38,696 nt of DNA. Source: a virus. Positions within the stretch are counted from its first letter, which is position 1. The number at the start of each line of letters is the position of its first letter. The notes beneath the pieces are model-generated. The model worked only from the letters and a program-made list of their open reading frames with translations. It ran no database searches and had not been told where the DNA came from. Shown piece by piece: positions 1 through 9,160 of this stretch. The stretch covers positions 1 through 38,696 of the IMG/VR virus record IMGVR_UViG_3300045988_140085; one strand, written 5' to 3'. Made by a program: the position numbers and the translations under genes.

Positions 1-75
1 CGCATCCGAGGAAACGCAGGCCGCAGAGACCAACGCATCCGAGGAAACGCAGGCCGCAGAGACCAACGCATCCGA
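1..75. repeat. Terminal overlap: bases 1..75 are identical to 38622..38696 (circular closure or terminal redundancy signature); unique unit 38621 bp
   Basis: Direct comparison of the two window ends. The overlap is made of 2.3 copies of a 33-bp tandem unit. Protease-to-capsid synteny is restored across the junction. Confidence 0.9.
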
Positions 76-112
76 GGGAGAAACGAACCACAGTCGCCCC
101 CTGCCGAAAGGT

Positions 113-1429
113 ATGACGTGGCATGAACATACAATTAATCAAAAACCAAAATCATTAAACATGGAAAAGACTTTTCGTGAACTCAACTGTGACGTTGAGT
201 TTCAGCGTCGTCTCAACGTTCTGAACGCGGCTTTCCGGGCCGGGGGTACGACGGCTGACAACAACCCCGAAAACGTGGAGACCGTCCGCATGATCGCGTG
301 CTCGATGCTCGCCGATCAGAACATGGTGGTGCTTGCAAACGCTTGCAACTTCACCAACTCCGTAACCAAAGAGCGCAAAAACGGTCTCGGTCTGCTCGTG
401 GAGTGCGCCGCTGGTGGTGCCGCCGCCGCTACGCTGTCTGCCGCTGACCTCGGTGTGATCAAGTGGATGTCGTTGTTCTACGAAAAACTCCTCCCGAACA
501 ACTCGTTCATGCGTTCGATCCGTTTCGTCCCGATGTCCGACAAGGAGGGTGCGATCTACGTGGAAAGCGGTATCAACCCCGCAACGTACACCGGATCGGT
601 TACGCCCGTCAACGCTCCGCGGTACTTCTACGACGACATCAAGCGTACGATTGCGCGTGAGGTGTTCTCGATCCAGCCCGTGACGTTCCAGAACGCGGAC
701 ATGGCCATCCTCGCGTACGACAAGCAGTCGTGGGGTTGGACCATCGCAATGGACTCGCTGATGTCCGACGTGTGCACGTACATCTTGCAGGTCGTTGCCA
801 ACACCCCCGGTATCGCAAAGGTTCCGACCACGGGTGCAACGTTCTCGTCGAGCGGCCTGTTCCCCATCGAAGCCCCGAACTCGAACGTGAACATCAAAGG
901 TGTGTCATCGGACGACATCACTATGGCCGTCGGTGCGTTCCTCGTACAGAACTATAAACTGAACGGTCGCCGCGTCGAAGCCGTCCTTTCGTCGAACCTG
1001 TTTACTAAACTGGCCACCGACCCGACGTTCAAAACCATCCTTACCCCGCAGTTGTCGGGTGCCGTTGGTAGCGAGTTCCAGTACAACGGTGTCACGATCT
1101 CCGGACGTAACCCGGTCGCACGCTACAACACGACCTCCGGCAAGCCCGAACTCGACCCGGCCATGTACACCGACGGTACGGTGGACAACGACGGCAAGAT
1201 CACCGACGTAACCCCGGCAACGACCACCGCCAATCATGTAGGTGCGGGTCTCGCATTCGTCGAGGGCGAGGTTATCGCAGGTGTAGGTACGATCGACGTG
1301 ATCGTCATGCCCGATCCGACCAACTACGGCATCACGATGTCCGGTTGGATGTCTACCGGTGCAACCGTGGCCCGTCAGAACGGCAAGGGCGTCGCGCTGA
1401 TTACCCCGACCGTCGTAGCAGGCTCGTAA
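113..1429 (+). CDS. Major capsid protein (candidate). The reading frame is open from base 2, so it is in frame with the prohead protease ORF that runs off the window end. Alternative internal start at ATG 161 (MEKTF...).
   Basis: 438-codon ORF immediately after the protease and before sheath and tube. A 32-nt perfect palindrome follows the stop. The fold family was not verifiable by eye. Confidence 0.7.
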   Translation: MTWHEHTINQKPKSLNMEKTFRELNCDVEFQRRLNVLNAAFRAGGTTADNNPENVETVRMIACSMLADQNMVVLANACNFTNSVTKERKNGLGLLVECAAGGAAAATLSAADLGVIKWMSLFYEKLLPNNSFMRSIRFVPMSDKEGAIYVESGINPATYTGSVTPVNAPRYFYDDIKRTIAREVFSIQPVTFQNADMAILAYDKQSWGWTIAMDSLMSDVCTYILQVVANTPGIAKVPTTGATFSSSGLFPIEAPNSNVNIKGVSSDDITMAVGAFLVQNYKLNGRRVEAVLSSNLFTKLATDPTFKTILTPQLSGAVGSEFQYNGVTISGRNPVARYNTTSGKPELDPAMYTDGTVDNDGKITDVTPATTTANHVGAGLAFVEGEVIAGVGTIDVIVMPDPTNYGITMSGWMSTGATVARQNGKGVALITPTVVAGS

Positions 1430-1438
1430 AGTTCAACC

Positions 1439-1470
1439 GACACGTAGGCACATTAATGTGCCTACGTGTC
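1439..1470 (+). terminator. 32-nt perfect palindrome (gacacgtaggcacatt/aatgtgcctacgtgtc) just after the capsid gene; hairpin terminator or attenuator candidate
   Basis: Read directly. It lies 10 nt after the capsid stop. No U-tract follows. Confidence 0.55.
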
Positions 1471-1489
1471 ACTTAACTCCTTAAATCGT

Positions 1490-2059
1490 ATGAAAGTAAA
1501 CTTTGTAAAACAGCAGATTCTCTACATCGCTCTCGCCGTACGGCAGTACAAGAAAATGTACGTGCTCACGAACGGTCAGATGTTTCAGAAAGAGAGCGAC
1601 GCGGAAAAAACCGCGCGTACCCTCAATCAGATTATCGAAGACCCGATGCTTCACGTCGGTATCAAGGTAATCACCGAAGACATGGTATCGGAGGCCGATC
1701 TTCGGACGTACGGAAAATCCCCCGAAAAATTCAACGAATTGTTTGACGACGCTATCATTCCGCTCGTACGTGGTACTCGTGACTACGAGGGCCGGAAATA
1801 CGAGGCGCCCGTTGAGCAGGACGAGGACGAAAAGGCACGTTTGGCCGCCCTCCTCGGCGACGAAGTTCCGGAGCCCGCAAAGGAGCCGGAGCCCGCAAAG
1901 GAGCCGGAGCCCGTAAAGGAGCCGGAGCCCGTAAAGGAGCCGGAGCAGGAGGTCGAAAAGGCTGTCAAAGACGTGGAGGCTGAAAAAGCCGCCGCCGAGA
2001 AAGAAGCCGCAGAACGGGCACTCGCCGCCGCGTCCAAGTTCGCACCCAAGAAAAAATAA
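1490..2059 (+). CDS. Hypothetical virion protein with a Pro/Glu/Lys-rich repeat tail (EPEPAKEPEPAKEPEPVKEPEPVKEPE, then an Ala/Glu/Lys helix)
   Basis: ORF between capsid and sheath. ATG 1490 is preferred over GTG 1466, which lies inside the hairpin. Start context ttaaatcgtATG. Confidence 0.6.
   Translation: MKVNFVKQQILYIALAVRQYKKMYVLTNGQMFQKESDAEKTARTLNQIIEDPMLHVGIKVITEDMVSEADLRTYGKSPEKFNELFDDAIIPLVRGTRDYEGRKYEAPVEQDEDEKARLAALLGDEVPEPAKEPEPAKEPEPVKEPEPVKEPEQEVEKAVKDVEAEKAAAEKEAAERALAAASKFAPKKK
1868..1947 (+). repeat. 18-bp coding tandem repeat ccggagcccg(c/t)aaaggag, 4.4 copies
   Basis: Read directly; units at 1868, 1886, 1904, 1922 and a partial unit at 1940. Confidence 0.9.
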
Positions 2060-2065
2060 CAAACT

Positions 2066-3256
2066 ATGGCACGAACAGGTTTCAGCGTAAACGTTAGCAA
2101 TACGGTCATGGGGACGCCCCCGTCTGTGAACGCTAACACTATGCTAATCGTCCCCGGTACCGCAACCACCGGGTCAACGTTCCCCGTGGCCCTCGATACG
2201 CCCGTGTTGTTCAAATCCATTGACGATCTCGAAACACACGGGATTACGGAGGAAAACAATCCGTCAGCGTATCGTCAGGTCACGGACTTCTACAACCCCA
2301 CCCCGGAGGTCAATAACACAGGTACGTACCTGTGGGTTGTTCTTATCGAGGCGCTTGACACTCTGAGTCTCGTAACGAAACTCCCCGCTTTCCTTCGGGC
2401 CACCGTTGTGAACGGGTTCCAGTATCGTCCGCGGCAGATTCTCGTCGCCTTCAACCCGCAGACAACACAACTCCCCCTGTTGCAAAGCGCGATTATGTCG
2501 ATGTACGATGAGGGGTTCTCCACATGCGCGATTATCGATGGCTACTCTTTTATGAAGGACGGCGCTATCGATACGTCGGTCGAAAGTATGACCGATCTTT
2601 CGACGCAGAAAGCAGGTATGGTTGGCGTCGTCATCTTTACAGACGTGCAGAAAACGCCCGCATGTGTTGGCAAGGTCGGTGGCTGGATGGCCTCGCTGTC
2701 CGTCGGCACGTCTATCGGCGATACGTCGCTCCCCGCATTCGGTGATTCGCTTTACATGTGCGACAAAAACGATTCGGAGCAGTACGTAAACACTCCGTGT
2801 GCGCAGATGTCGTTGGCGACTGTAAACGCGCTGGGGGACAAGCAGTACATCTTCCCCCGTACCCGGCCGCCTAAGAACGGGCTGTGGCTGAACGACGGAG
2901 CGACTGCCGAGGACCCGCTTACCGCGTTATCTTCGCTGGAAGCCGCTCGAACCATCGCCTCGATGGTGGACGATCTGCGTGCGTTTTACACGCCGTATAT
3001 TAACGGCAAAGTGCCTATCGACGCTAACGGTAAGACGCAGTCTTCGTACGTCGATGTGGTTACTTCCCTCGCGCGTGAGAATGTCATCGTACCTTACATC
3101 GACAGCGGTGACATCTCGGACGCTCGAATTACGCAGACGGACCTCAACGACGACTTTTCCGGAACGCGCACGTGGCAGGTATCGCTGGAAATTCTGCCCG
3201 CACCGACCCTGCGCTGGGTGAATTCTTTCGTGTTCTACGTTAAAAAACTCAACTAA
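2066..3256 (+). CDS. Tail sheath protein (candidate)
   Basis: 396 aa. The N-terminus resembles the sheath pattern (G.SVNV...IVPGTATTGSTFPVALDTPVLFKSIDDL, compare P2 FI). It is followed by tube, frameshifted chaperones and tape measure. Confidence 0.65.
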   Translation: MARTGFSVNVSNTVMGTPPSVNANTMLIVPGTATTGSTFPVALDTPVLFKSIDDLETHGITEENNPSAYRQVTDFYNPTPEVNNTGTYLWVVLIEALDTLSLVTKLPAFLRATVVNGFQYRPRQILVAFNPQTTQLPLLQSAIMSMYDEGFSTCAIIDGYSFMKDGAIDTSVESMTDLSTQKAGMVGVVIFTDVQKTPACVGKVGGWMASLSVGTSIGDTSLPAFGDSLYMCDKNDSEQYVNTPCAQMSLATVNALGDKQYIFPRTRPPKNGLWLNDGATAEDPLTALSSLEAARTIASMVDDLRAFYTPYINGKVPIDANGKTQSSYVDVVTSLARENVIVPYIDSGDISDARITQTDLNDDFSGTRTWQVSLEILPAPTLRWVNSFVFYVKKLN

Positions 3257-3259
3257 GGT

Positions 3260-3742
3260 ATGGCACAAAAAGTAATCGCCGCAAGAGACTTTGATCTCTA
3301 TCTCAACTTTGACGAAATTGGCGTCGTCTATAAAGTTGAGACTGGCGCCAATTTCAGCGCAAACATCTCCGGAACGACCGACGACATCGGAGCGTTCTCT
3401 ACCGACGAGCCTATCGCAACGGACAATGGCGGTAACACGTACGACATTTCGTTCTCGTTGCAACAGGCCGAAGCCCTCACGATCCTTGCTGCCCTCGCCG
3501 CGGCTACGCAGAACCGTGTAGGAGGTCCTATCTGCCACATCCGTCAGATTGTCGAATCGGCGACTATCACGGCTGTATGGCACAAACGCCGCGACGTACC
3601 CGCGACGTCCACTACCGAAACGTACGGTCGTTGTACCGGCGTTGAGGAATCGGACGGCGTAGAACGTCGGGGCACCGAGACGCTTAAGTCGTGGCGGTTC
3701 CGCGCCCGGAGTAAGAGCGTCAAAACGTCGGTATCGGCGTAA
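3260..3742 (+). CDS. Tail tube protein (candidate)
   Basis: 160 aa ORF between the sheath and the chaperone genes; the call is positional. Confidence 0.55.
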   Translation: MAQKVIAARDFDLYLNFDEIGVVYKVETGANFSANISGTTDDIGAFSTDEPIATDNGGNTYDISFSLQQAEALTILAALAAATQNRVGGPICHIRQIVESATITAVWHKRRDVPATSTTETYGRCTGVEESDGVERRGTETLKSWRFRARSKSVKTSVSA

Positions 3743-3750
3743 ACACAGGT

Positions 3751-3774
3751 ATGCGGGCTTTGATCGGCCCGCAT
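3751..3774 (+). terminator. Hairpin atgcgggc-tttgatcg-gcccgcat (8-bp stem, 8-nt loop); a T6 run lies 10 nt downstream
   Basis: Read directly; sits in the 60-nt gap after the tube gene. The loop is identical to that of the hairpin at 25107..25132. Confidence 0.6.
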
Positions 3775-3802
3775 ATCACTACATTTTTTAAACAAAAGCA
3801 GG

Positions 3803-4150
3803 ATGGAAAAAGAAATCAAATTGCGTAAAGTTACGCTTAAAAAAGTGCTGACGCCGGAGAGCGAGCAGGACTTTACCGTAGAGGTAGTACCGTTTAACCG
3901 TCGGAACGACGATCATGTGAAATTTGCGTTCGATTACATCGACATGCTCGGGCGCAAACCGTCGCCGTTCGAAACGGAGAGCGACGCCGCGCGTGCGTAT
4001 GCCATGCTTTTCATGGCGCATAAAGCCGACGATCTTAACGATCAGAACAGCGCAATTTCGTGTGTGCTGTCCGACGTACGCGCGTGTCGTGTGCTCCTCT
4101 TTCAAGCCGAGACGCAGAAAGAGTTTCACGATTTTTTCGTCAACGACTAA
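3803..4150 (+). CDS. Tail assembly chaperone, short (zero-frame) product
   Basis: 115 aa ORF directly upstream of the tape measure. Ends 12 nt after a T_TTT_TTC slippery heptamer. Confidence 0.7.
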   Translation: MEKEIKLRKVTLKKVLTPESEQDFTVEVVPFNRRNDDHVKFAFDYIDMLGRKPSPFETESDAARAYAMLFMAHKADDLNDQNSAISCVLSDVRACRVLLFQAETQKEFHDFFVND

Positions 4151-4461
4151 CATACCCTATCGGGGATGTTGAGGGGGTCGAAGACGATAAGCAAGAGGAA
4201 GCAAAACGTATTGCGCAAAACTTTAAGATCATCAAGCAGGCAAAGGAGCGAGACCCGTATTTCATCAAACGGGTATTCGTTTCCCACTACTGTAACATCC
4301 CGTATCACCTTATGTTAGATGGGGACCTGTACCCCATGACGTTGTTAGAGGAACTTTTTGCGGCGTCGTATTACCTAATACGTAACTTTGAGTTGGCCCC
4401 GTGGGCCACAGGTAATTTAGAAGACCGTGTAGAAAAACTGGTAGAAGATGGCAGGATATAA
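3803..4461 (+). CDS. Tail assembly chaperone, long product made by -1 frameshift: join(3803..4138, 4138..4461)
   Basis: ORF 4060..4461 is in the -1 frame relative to 3803..4150. It is open across the slippery site and continues ...DFF/RQRLTYPIGDVEG... Confidence 0.6.
4132..4138 (+). promoter_or_regulatory. -1 programmed ribosomal frameshift slippery heptamer T_TTT_TTC
   Basis: Zero frame reads gaT TTT TTC. This is the canonical X_XXY_YYZ pattern at the expected position in the chaperone pair. Confidence 0.65.
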
Positions 4462-6589
4462 TATAGTACTGGATTTAGGGGGCAATGCGGTTTCTCGTTC
4501 GGAGAAATTGGCGGCTAACCTCGGGGTAGCGGCGGCAAACGCAACTACCCTCGCGGCGGCATTACGTTCCGTTGGAACGGCGGCCGCCGCTGTCCCCGCC
4601 CGTACTATACGAGTAGGGGCCGTCCCTACTGGTTCGTCTGTTCGCGGACGGTCTTACGCCGCTGACAACGGACGATTCCGGGAGTACATACAAGGTATGA
4701 CGCGACAGAGCGACGCAATGCGCTCGATGTCACGTTTTTACAAAGAGCAGGAGCGCGTAACCCGTTCACGTTACACCCGTCACCGTAATACCAATATCTT
4801 TTCGTATGGTACCGGGTTCAATCTCGGCGGTTTCAGCGGGCGTTTCTCGACAATTTTACAACCGGACGCTAACGGCAACATTCTCGGCATGAACGCTGAG
4901 AAGTTAATGCGGGGTGTAAACGTAACGGCTATCGCTACATCTATGGTGGCGAAGATCGGCAAAGGCATACTCAAAACGATGGCGTACTCAACGGCGGTAC
5001 CACTTGGTGTGGGGGCGTTAGGTATGAAAGGCATGATAAGTATGTTACAGTCCGAGGGCTTTGCTTCCGGCGTACGTCTTATCTCACGTCGACATCAAGC
5101 ACGCGCAGGTCTCGGTGCGGGTTTTGAGCAGGCCAACTCTAACGCAGACTTTTTGGCCGCAAGTTACGGTTTGGACCGCAGTACCGCGTTGAGCAGTATC
5201 AACGTTCTGTCGGGACTTGGTATCGGCGGGTCCGGTAAAACTAAGGTTTCGCTTGCGCAGGCAACGAACCTTACGAAAGTTGGCGGTCTTATCTCCCAAC
5301 AGGCGGGCGTACCGTTTGAACGTGTAATGACCAACATCCAGCAGTTGTTGGTACAGGCGTCTCCGAACATCCGAGACATCCGCGAGTTGCTCAACCAAGC
5401 CCCCGTACTCGGTAAGTACGCGCTTAAGGAGATGGAGGAGCGAGGTATGCAGGGTGTAGATGTGCGCACCTTTCTTAAAGACCAAGGCGCTCTTTTATCA
5501 GTCCTCCGTCGTTACGAGTTGGACAATGCGTCCAATGCAGGTATGCGGGCACGCGGTCAGATTGCACTCGCGCAACAGGACTTTTGGGCCAAGATAGCTG
5601 GAAATAACGACGTATGGAGCTACGTTGGTGGGGCTGGTGCAGGTCTTATTAACTCGGGAGGGAACGCCGTAAACTCACTTCTTTCTACCGTTGTCAATAA
5701 CGACGCATTTCGCGTAATGGTTAAGCGGGTTGAGAACTTGTTCGAAAATTTCGAGGATAACGGGACACGGCTCGTCGATAAACTTATTACGTTTATAGAA
5801 CGTGCTGGAGAAAAACTCGGCCTCGATCTCGGGGATTCACAGAAAGCCAAAATAGCGAACGACAAAGAACGTGCACTCGATGACCTTCGCTATAACCGCA
5901 CTTTTCGTAAGAATTTCGAAACTACATTGGATAGTGCCGGGCTTCTTAAAGACGTATCGCCGAGTATGCGTGGCAAAGCCATCAATGACTATCTGTCGCA
6001 ATACCTCGATGCAATAAAACGGGACGAAGACGTACTAAATGTAGTACGGGGTATAGGCACGTTACGCGATGCAAACGGCCCGTGGACACCAAGTCAGCGG
6101 AGAAAAGCGAATGAGGCTACGGTTGATTGGGCCGCGGGACTTGCGTTTAACTCCGATTCAACCGCTGTTTATTATCCGGTAACGGGTAATTACAAAGGAT
6201 ATACGGGTGTTAAGCATTCCGGAGCGTGGGACAGAGCAACGTTGCGCAATCCAATGACTGCGAACGCGGCGTACGCTATTGACTACGCGGACCTTGGCGA
6301 ATCGCTCGGAACGTTTATTAAGAAATTAACGGACATCGCCCCGGGCGCATTACCCGCGATAACAGGTGCGGGGGCTACTGGGTCGGACCTTTCGGGTTTT
6401 AACAAAGACCGTCGCAACCTCGAAATTCATTTCCACGACGCAATCGTGAAGTGGACTTCGAACATAAGTACCGACGACCCGCAGGAGGTCGTGGCAGAAG
6501 TTAAACAGAACATCGACCAAATTGCGTCCGAAGCTATCCAAAAGGCTATGCTTGCCGCAACAGGTAAGATGGGAACACGTTGGATATAG
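4448..6589 (+). CDS. Tail tape measure protein
   Basis: 713 aa, Ala/Gly-rich with a central hydrophobic stretch. Follows the frameshifted chaperones and is the longest late gene. Confidence 0.8.
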   Translation: MAGYNIVLDLGGNAVSRSEKLAANLGVAAANATTLAAALRSVGTAAAAVPARTIRVGAVPTGSSVRGRSYAADNGRFREYIQGMTRQSDAMRSMSRFYKEQERVTRSRYTRHRNTNIFSYGTGFNLGGFSGRFSTILQPDANGNILGMNAEKLMRGVNVTAIATSMVAKIGKGILKTMAYSTAVPLGVGALGMKGMISMLQSEGFASGVRLISRRHQARAGLGAGFEQANSNADFLAASYGLDRSTALSSINVLSGLGIGGSGKTKVSLAQATNLTKVGGLISQQAGVPFERVMTNIQQLLVQASPNIRDIRELLNQAPVLGKYALKEMEERGMQGVDVRTFLKDQGALLSVLRRYELDNASNAGMRARGQIALAQQDFWAKIAGNNDVWSYVGGAGAGLINSGGNAVNSLLSTVVNNDAFRVMVKRVENLFENFEDNGTRLVDKLITFIERAGEKLGLDLGDSQKAKIANDKERALDDLRYNRTFRKNFETTLDSAGLLKDVSPSMRGKAINDYLSQYLDAIKRDEDVLNVVRGIGTLRDANGPWTPSQRRKANEATVDWAAGLAFNSDSTAVYYPVTGNYKGYTGVKHSGAWDRATLRNPMTANAAYAIDYADLGESLGTFIKKLTDIAPGALPAITGAGATGSDLSGFNKDRRNLEIHFHDAIVKWTSNISTDDPQEVVAEVKQNIDQIASEAIQKAMLAATGKMGTRWI

Positions 6590-6591
6590 GT

Positions 6592-7371
6592 ATGGGAATA
6601 GTCAGAGACGCAATAGAAACTACCACCGAATCGGTCCGGGGTGCGATCCAAAACTCCGGGCCGTACAAGGTGGCCAACCGTGTGATCGCCGAGACGCTCG
6701 ACGCACGCGACGCTGTTCGAAATACCGCCGTACTCGCTTTATCGAAAACGTGGATCGGCATAAGCCAAGTCTTGCCCGCGCAGACGGACCGTGCACAGCA
6801 ACAGCAGAACGCCCGTAACATACCTTTCACTCGAAAGGAACAAGTCGTTAACGGGTTGGAACGTAGGTCCGGTCCGGAGTTGGATCGGTACGACTACACA
6901 AAACTCTTTTCGTTGCAGATCGGCGACTATTTTATGCCGATGTCGCAAACGTTTAGCGTGAAAGCAAAGAAACGGTTAAACGTCTCGGCCCTCGTTGACG
7001 GGCCCGACATTATCCAGCAAACTCGTAAAGAGGCTAAGACGATTAACTGTACGCTTCGCCTTACGTTGAGAGACAACCAGCCAAACCTCCAAATCATGGA
7101 GCGGCTGGAGAACGAAGCGGAGGCAAAAGTCGCAGAGTTGTCAAAGTTTCTCAACGAATTTTACGAAAAGGATCAGATTCTGCGCATACGTAACCAAAAA
7201 ATTAACGAAACGCACGGTATCGAGTACGCGATAATCACCGAGTATACGGACACGCCCCGAGTAGGTATGGGGACGTATCAGTTCGAGTTTACTCTTACAG
7301 AGGTGAAATACGGGGAAAACGTTGTTACGTTCAACCTACGCGAGGTCGATTCGGATGCTGGCAACTATTAA
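6592..7371 (+). CDS. Hypothetical tail/baseplate protein distal to the tape measure
   Basis: ORF. Start moved to ATG 6592 (TAGGTATG, right after the tape measure stop). Confidence 0.55.
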   Translation: MGIVRDAIETTTESVRGAIQNSGPYKVANRVIAETLDARDAVRNTAVLALSKTWIGISQVLPAQTDRAQQQQNARNIPFTRKEQVVNGLERRSGPELDRYDYTKLFSLQIGDYFMPMSQTFSVKAKKRLNVSALVDGPDIIQQTRKEAKTINCTLRLTLRDNQPNLQIMERLENEAEAKVAELSKFLNEFYEKDQILRIRNQKINETHGIEYAIITEYTDTPRVGMGTYQFEFTLTEVKYGENVVTFNLREVDSDAGNY

Positions 7372-7373
7372 CT

Positions 7374-8495
7374 ATGAATTCGAACTACCTTATCTGCCAC
7401 AACGAGGTATACATAGAGGGTATTTGGGTAGGACAGTTTGAATCGTTCGTGCTTACCGGGAACGATAAGCAACTCGGCGATTCGGCTGTTCTCACCTTAC
7501 CCTTGTACGCTATCGGTATTGAGCAACAGGGGGAGGCCCGCTCGCGTATGCGTGAGGTCTTTAAACCCAATGTTATCAAACCGTTCGCGCACGTTGAGGT
7601 GTATATGTGGTACGAGGGGTATACGAAAATGCGTGTGTTTAACGGGTTGATCGAGCAGGTTGTAGAGGGCTTCCCCACTACGCTATACCTGCGCGACTTC
7701 ACGCTGATCCTCAAATTTGGTCGTGTCCAAAAGGTATGGGGCGACGTGAAAATGACGAAGATCATGCAGGACATCCTGCCCATCGCAAACGAAGCGTTCG
7801 CAAAGGAGCGTGAGAACATGGGTTTTGATATAAACCCGAACATACCGGAACTGACGTATACAACCGACGGACCGTTTGTACAAGCTACGACCAGCACGTT
7901 CCCGTTTAACAACCCGGTCGATTTCAGCCCGTACGATACCGTACAGCGGCTTATGCAGTTGATGGTTTTGTATGGAGGTGTGACGGACGACGGGAAAGTG
8001 TACATAGGAGGTTTGACGAAAGACAGCACCGCCCCTGTTGAGAAACTCAACACGAAGTATAACGTTTTTGGCGCAGACCTTATCCGTGAAGATTCACGTT
8101 TCATTAACTATGAAGTTAAGGTTACGGGCATCCTCAAAACGGGCAAGCGGTACACAGCGACCGGAGGTTTGCGCACGTCGCGTAGCACGAAGCAAAAAAG
8201 TGAACTGGACAAAAGGTATGCCGAGACGATACGTAGCTACTCTACGTTGGATAGCGTAACGGAGTTGGATAAGTTTGCGGACAAAATGTTACTGTCTTTA
8301 CAGGGACGCAGGAACAAAGGCAAACTGATCCTCCCGCTCTATCCAAAGGTAGACCCTTTGCAGACGGTTGAGTTTACACACACGCTGTTCCCGGAGCTAT
8401 CCGGACAGTACTACGTATTGGAGTATCAACTCAAAGGTGATGTTAATGGTTTTTTCCAAACGTTAACTGTCACCGATAAAGTATTTGCGATATGA
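7374..8495 (+). CDS. Baseplate hub / gpD-like tail protein (candidate)
   Basis: 373 aa. Lies before the spike. Loosely resembles the P2 gpD / Mu gp44 pattern (VEVYMWYEGYTKMRVFNGLIEQV...). Confidence 0.45.
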   Translation: MNSNYLICHNEVYIEGIWVGQFESFVLTGNDKQLGDSAVLTLPLYAIGIEQQGEARSRMREVFKPNVIKPFAHVEVYMWYEGYTKMRVFNGLIEQVVEGFPTTLYLRDFTLILKFGRVQKVWGDVKMTKIMQDILPIANEAFAKERENMGFDINPNIPELTYTTDGPFVQATTSTFPFNNPVDFSPYDTVQRLMQLMVLYGGVTDDGKVYIGGLTKDSTAPVEKLNTKYNVFGADLIREDSRFINYEVKVTGILKTGKRYTATGGLRTSRSTKQKSELDKRYAETIRSYSTLDSVTELDKFADKMLLSLQGRRNKGKLILPLYPKVDPLQTVEFTHTLFPELSGQYYVLEYQLKGDVNGFFQTLTVTDKVFAI

Positions 8496-9160
8496 GTATT
8501 AAACGTGTTAGTTACGACCCGGCCGAGGAAGCGGGAGGCGATTTCGGCACGTTCCTCGCGCAGATGTTCTCCACCGTTCGCACCGTGCTTGTCACCGTCA
8601 AGGAGGTAGACGCGGCGAACGGGGTCGCGCAGGTTTACCTGTTTGAGGAGGACAAGACGTTCCCCGTACCTTTGTCTTTGTACGGGACGGAGGAATACGG
8701 AACGACGTGCGTACCTACCGAGGGGTCCGCCGCTCTTATTACATATATCGATGGGGACCTTAACCGTCCGGTGTTTGTGGGTATCTCGGAAGCCGACAAA
8801 TGGGAGTTTAAGCGCGGGCAGACTGTTGTAACGTTTACGACCGACCCCGACGACTCGTCGAAAGACGAGGTGAGTGTGACAGTCGGTAACTCTAAGGTAC
8901 GCATGACACCGGACCTTATCGAATTGAACGAGGGGTCGTTAGACGGACTGGTGATCGTGGGGAAACTTACGGAACGATTGAACAAACTGCAACAGCAGAT
9001 CGACCAAATACAGTCTGCCATAGCGTCGCACACGCACACGGTATCAACCACGGGGTCCGCGACAGCGCAAACAGGTACTACAACAGGTACCACCTATTCG
9101 AGGGTGGGTGTTGACAAGTTCAACAACAGCGACTACGAGAACGAAAAAATTAAACAGTAA
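8492..9160 (+). CDS. Baseplate central spike (gpV/gp5-like OB fold with a C-terminal HxH apex)
   Basis: GSAALITYIDGDLNRPVFVG matches the gpV-type motif. A coiled segment follows, then SHTHTVSTTGSATAQTG (His-x-His as in metal-binding spike tips). Confidence 0.65.
   Translation: MSIKRVSYDPAEEAGGDFGTFLAQMFSTVRTVLVTVKEVDAANGVAQVYLFEEDKTFPVPLSLYGTEEYGTTCVPTEGSAALITYIDGDLNRPVFVGISEADKWEFKRGQTVVTFTTDPDDSSKDEVSVTVGNSKVRMTPDLIELNEGSLDGLVIVGKLTERLNKLQQQIDQIQSAIASHTHTVSTTGSATAQTGTTTGTTYSRVGVDKFNNSDYENEKIKQ

Noticed and set aside
1466-1489. GTG start at 1466 for the post-capsid gene
   Set aside because: Position 1466 lies inside the right arm of the 32-nt palindrome. ATG 1490 carries the genome's usual ...cgtATG context.
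7385-8104. 239-aa minus-strand ORF inside the baseplate hub gene, and similar antisense ORFs (1481..2062, 1783..2259, 2927..3583, 9342..9866, 31481..32140, 32186..32998)
   Set aside because: They lie antisense to well-supported late genes, have Ser/Arg/Cys-rich odd composition and no start context, and oppose the operon polarity.
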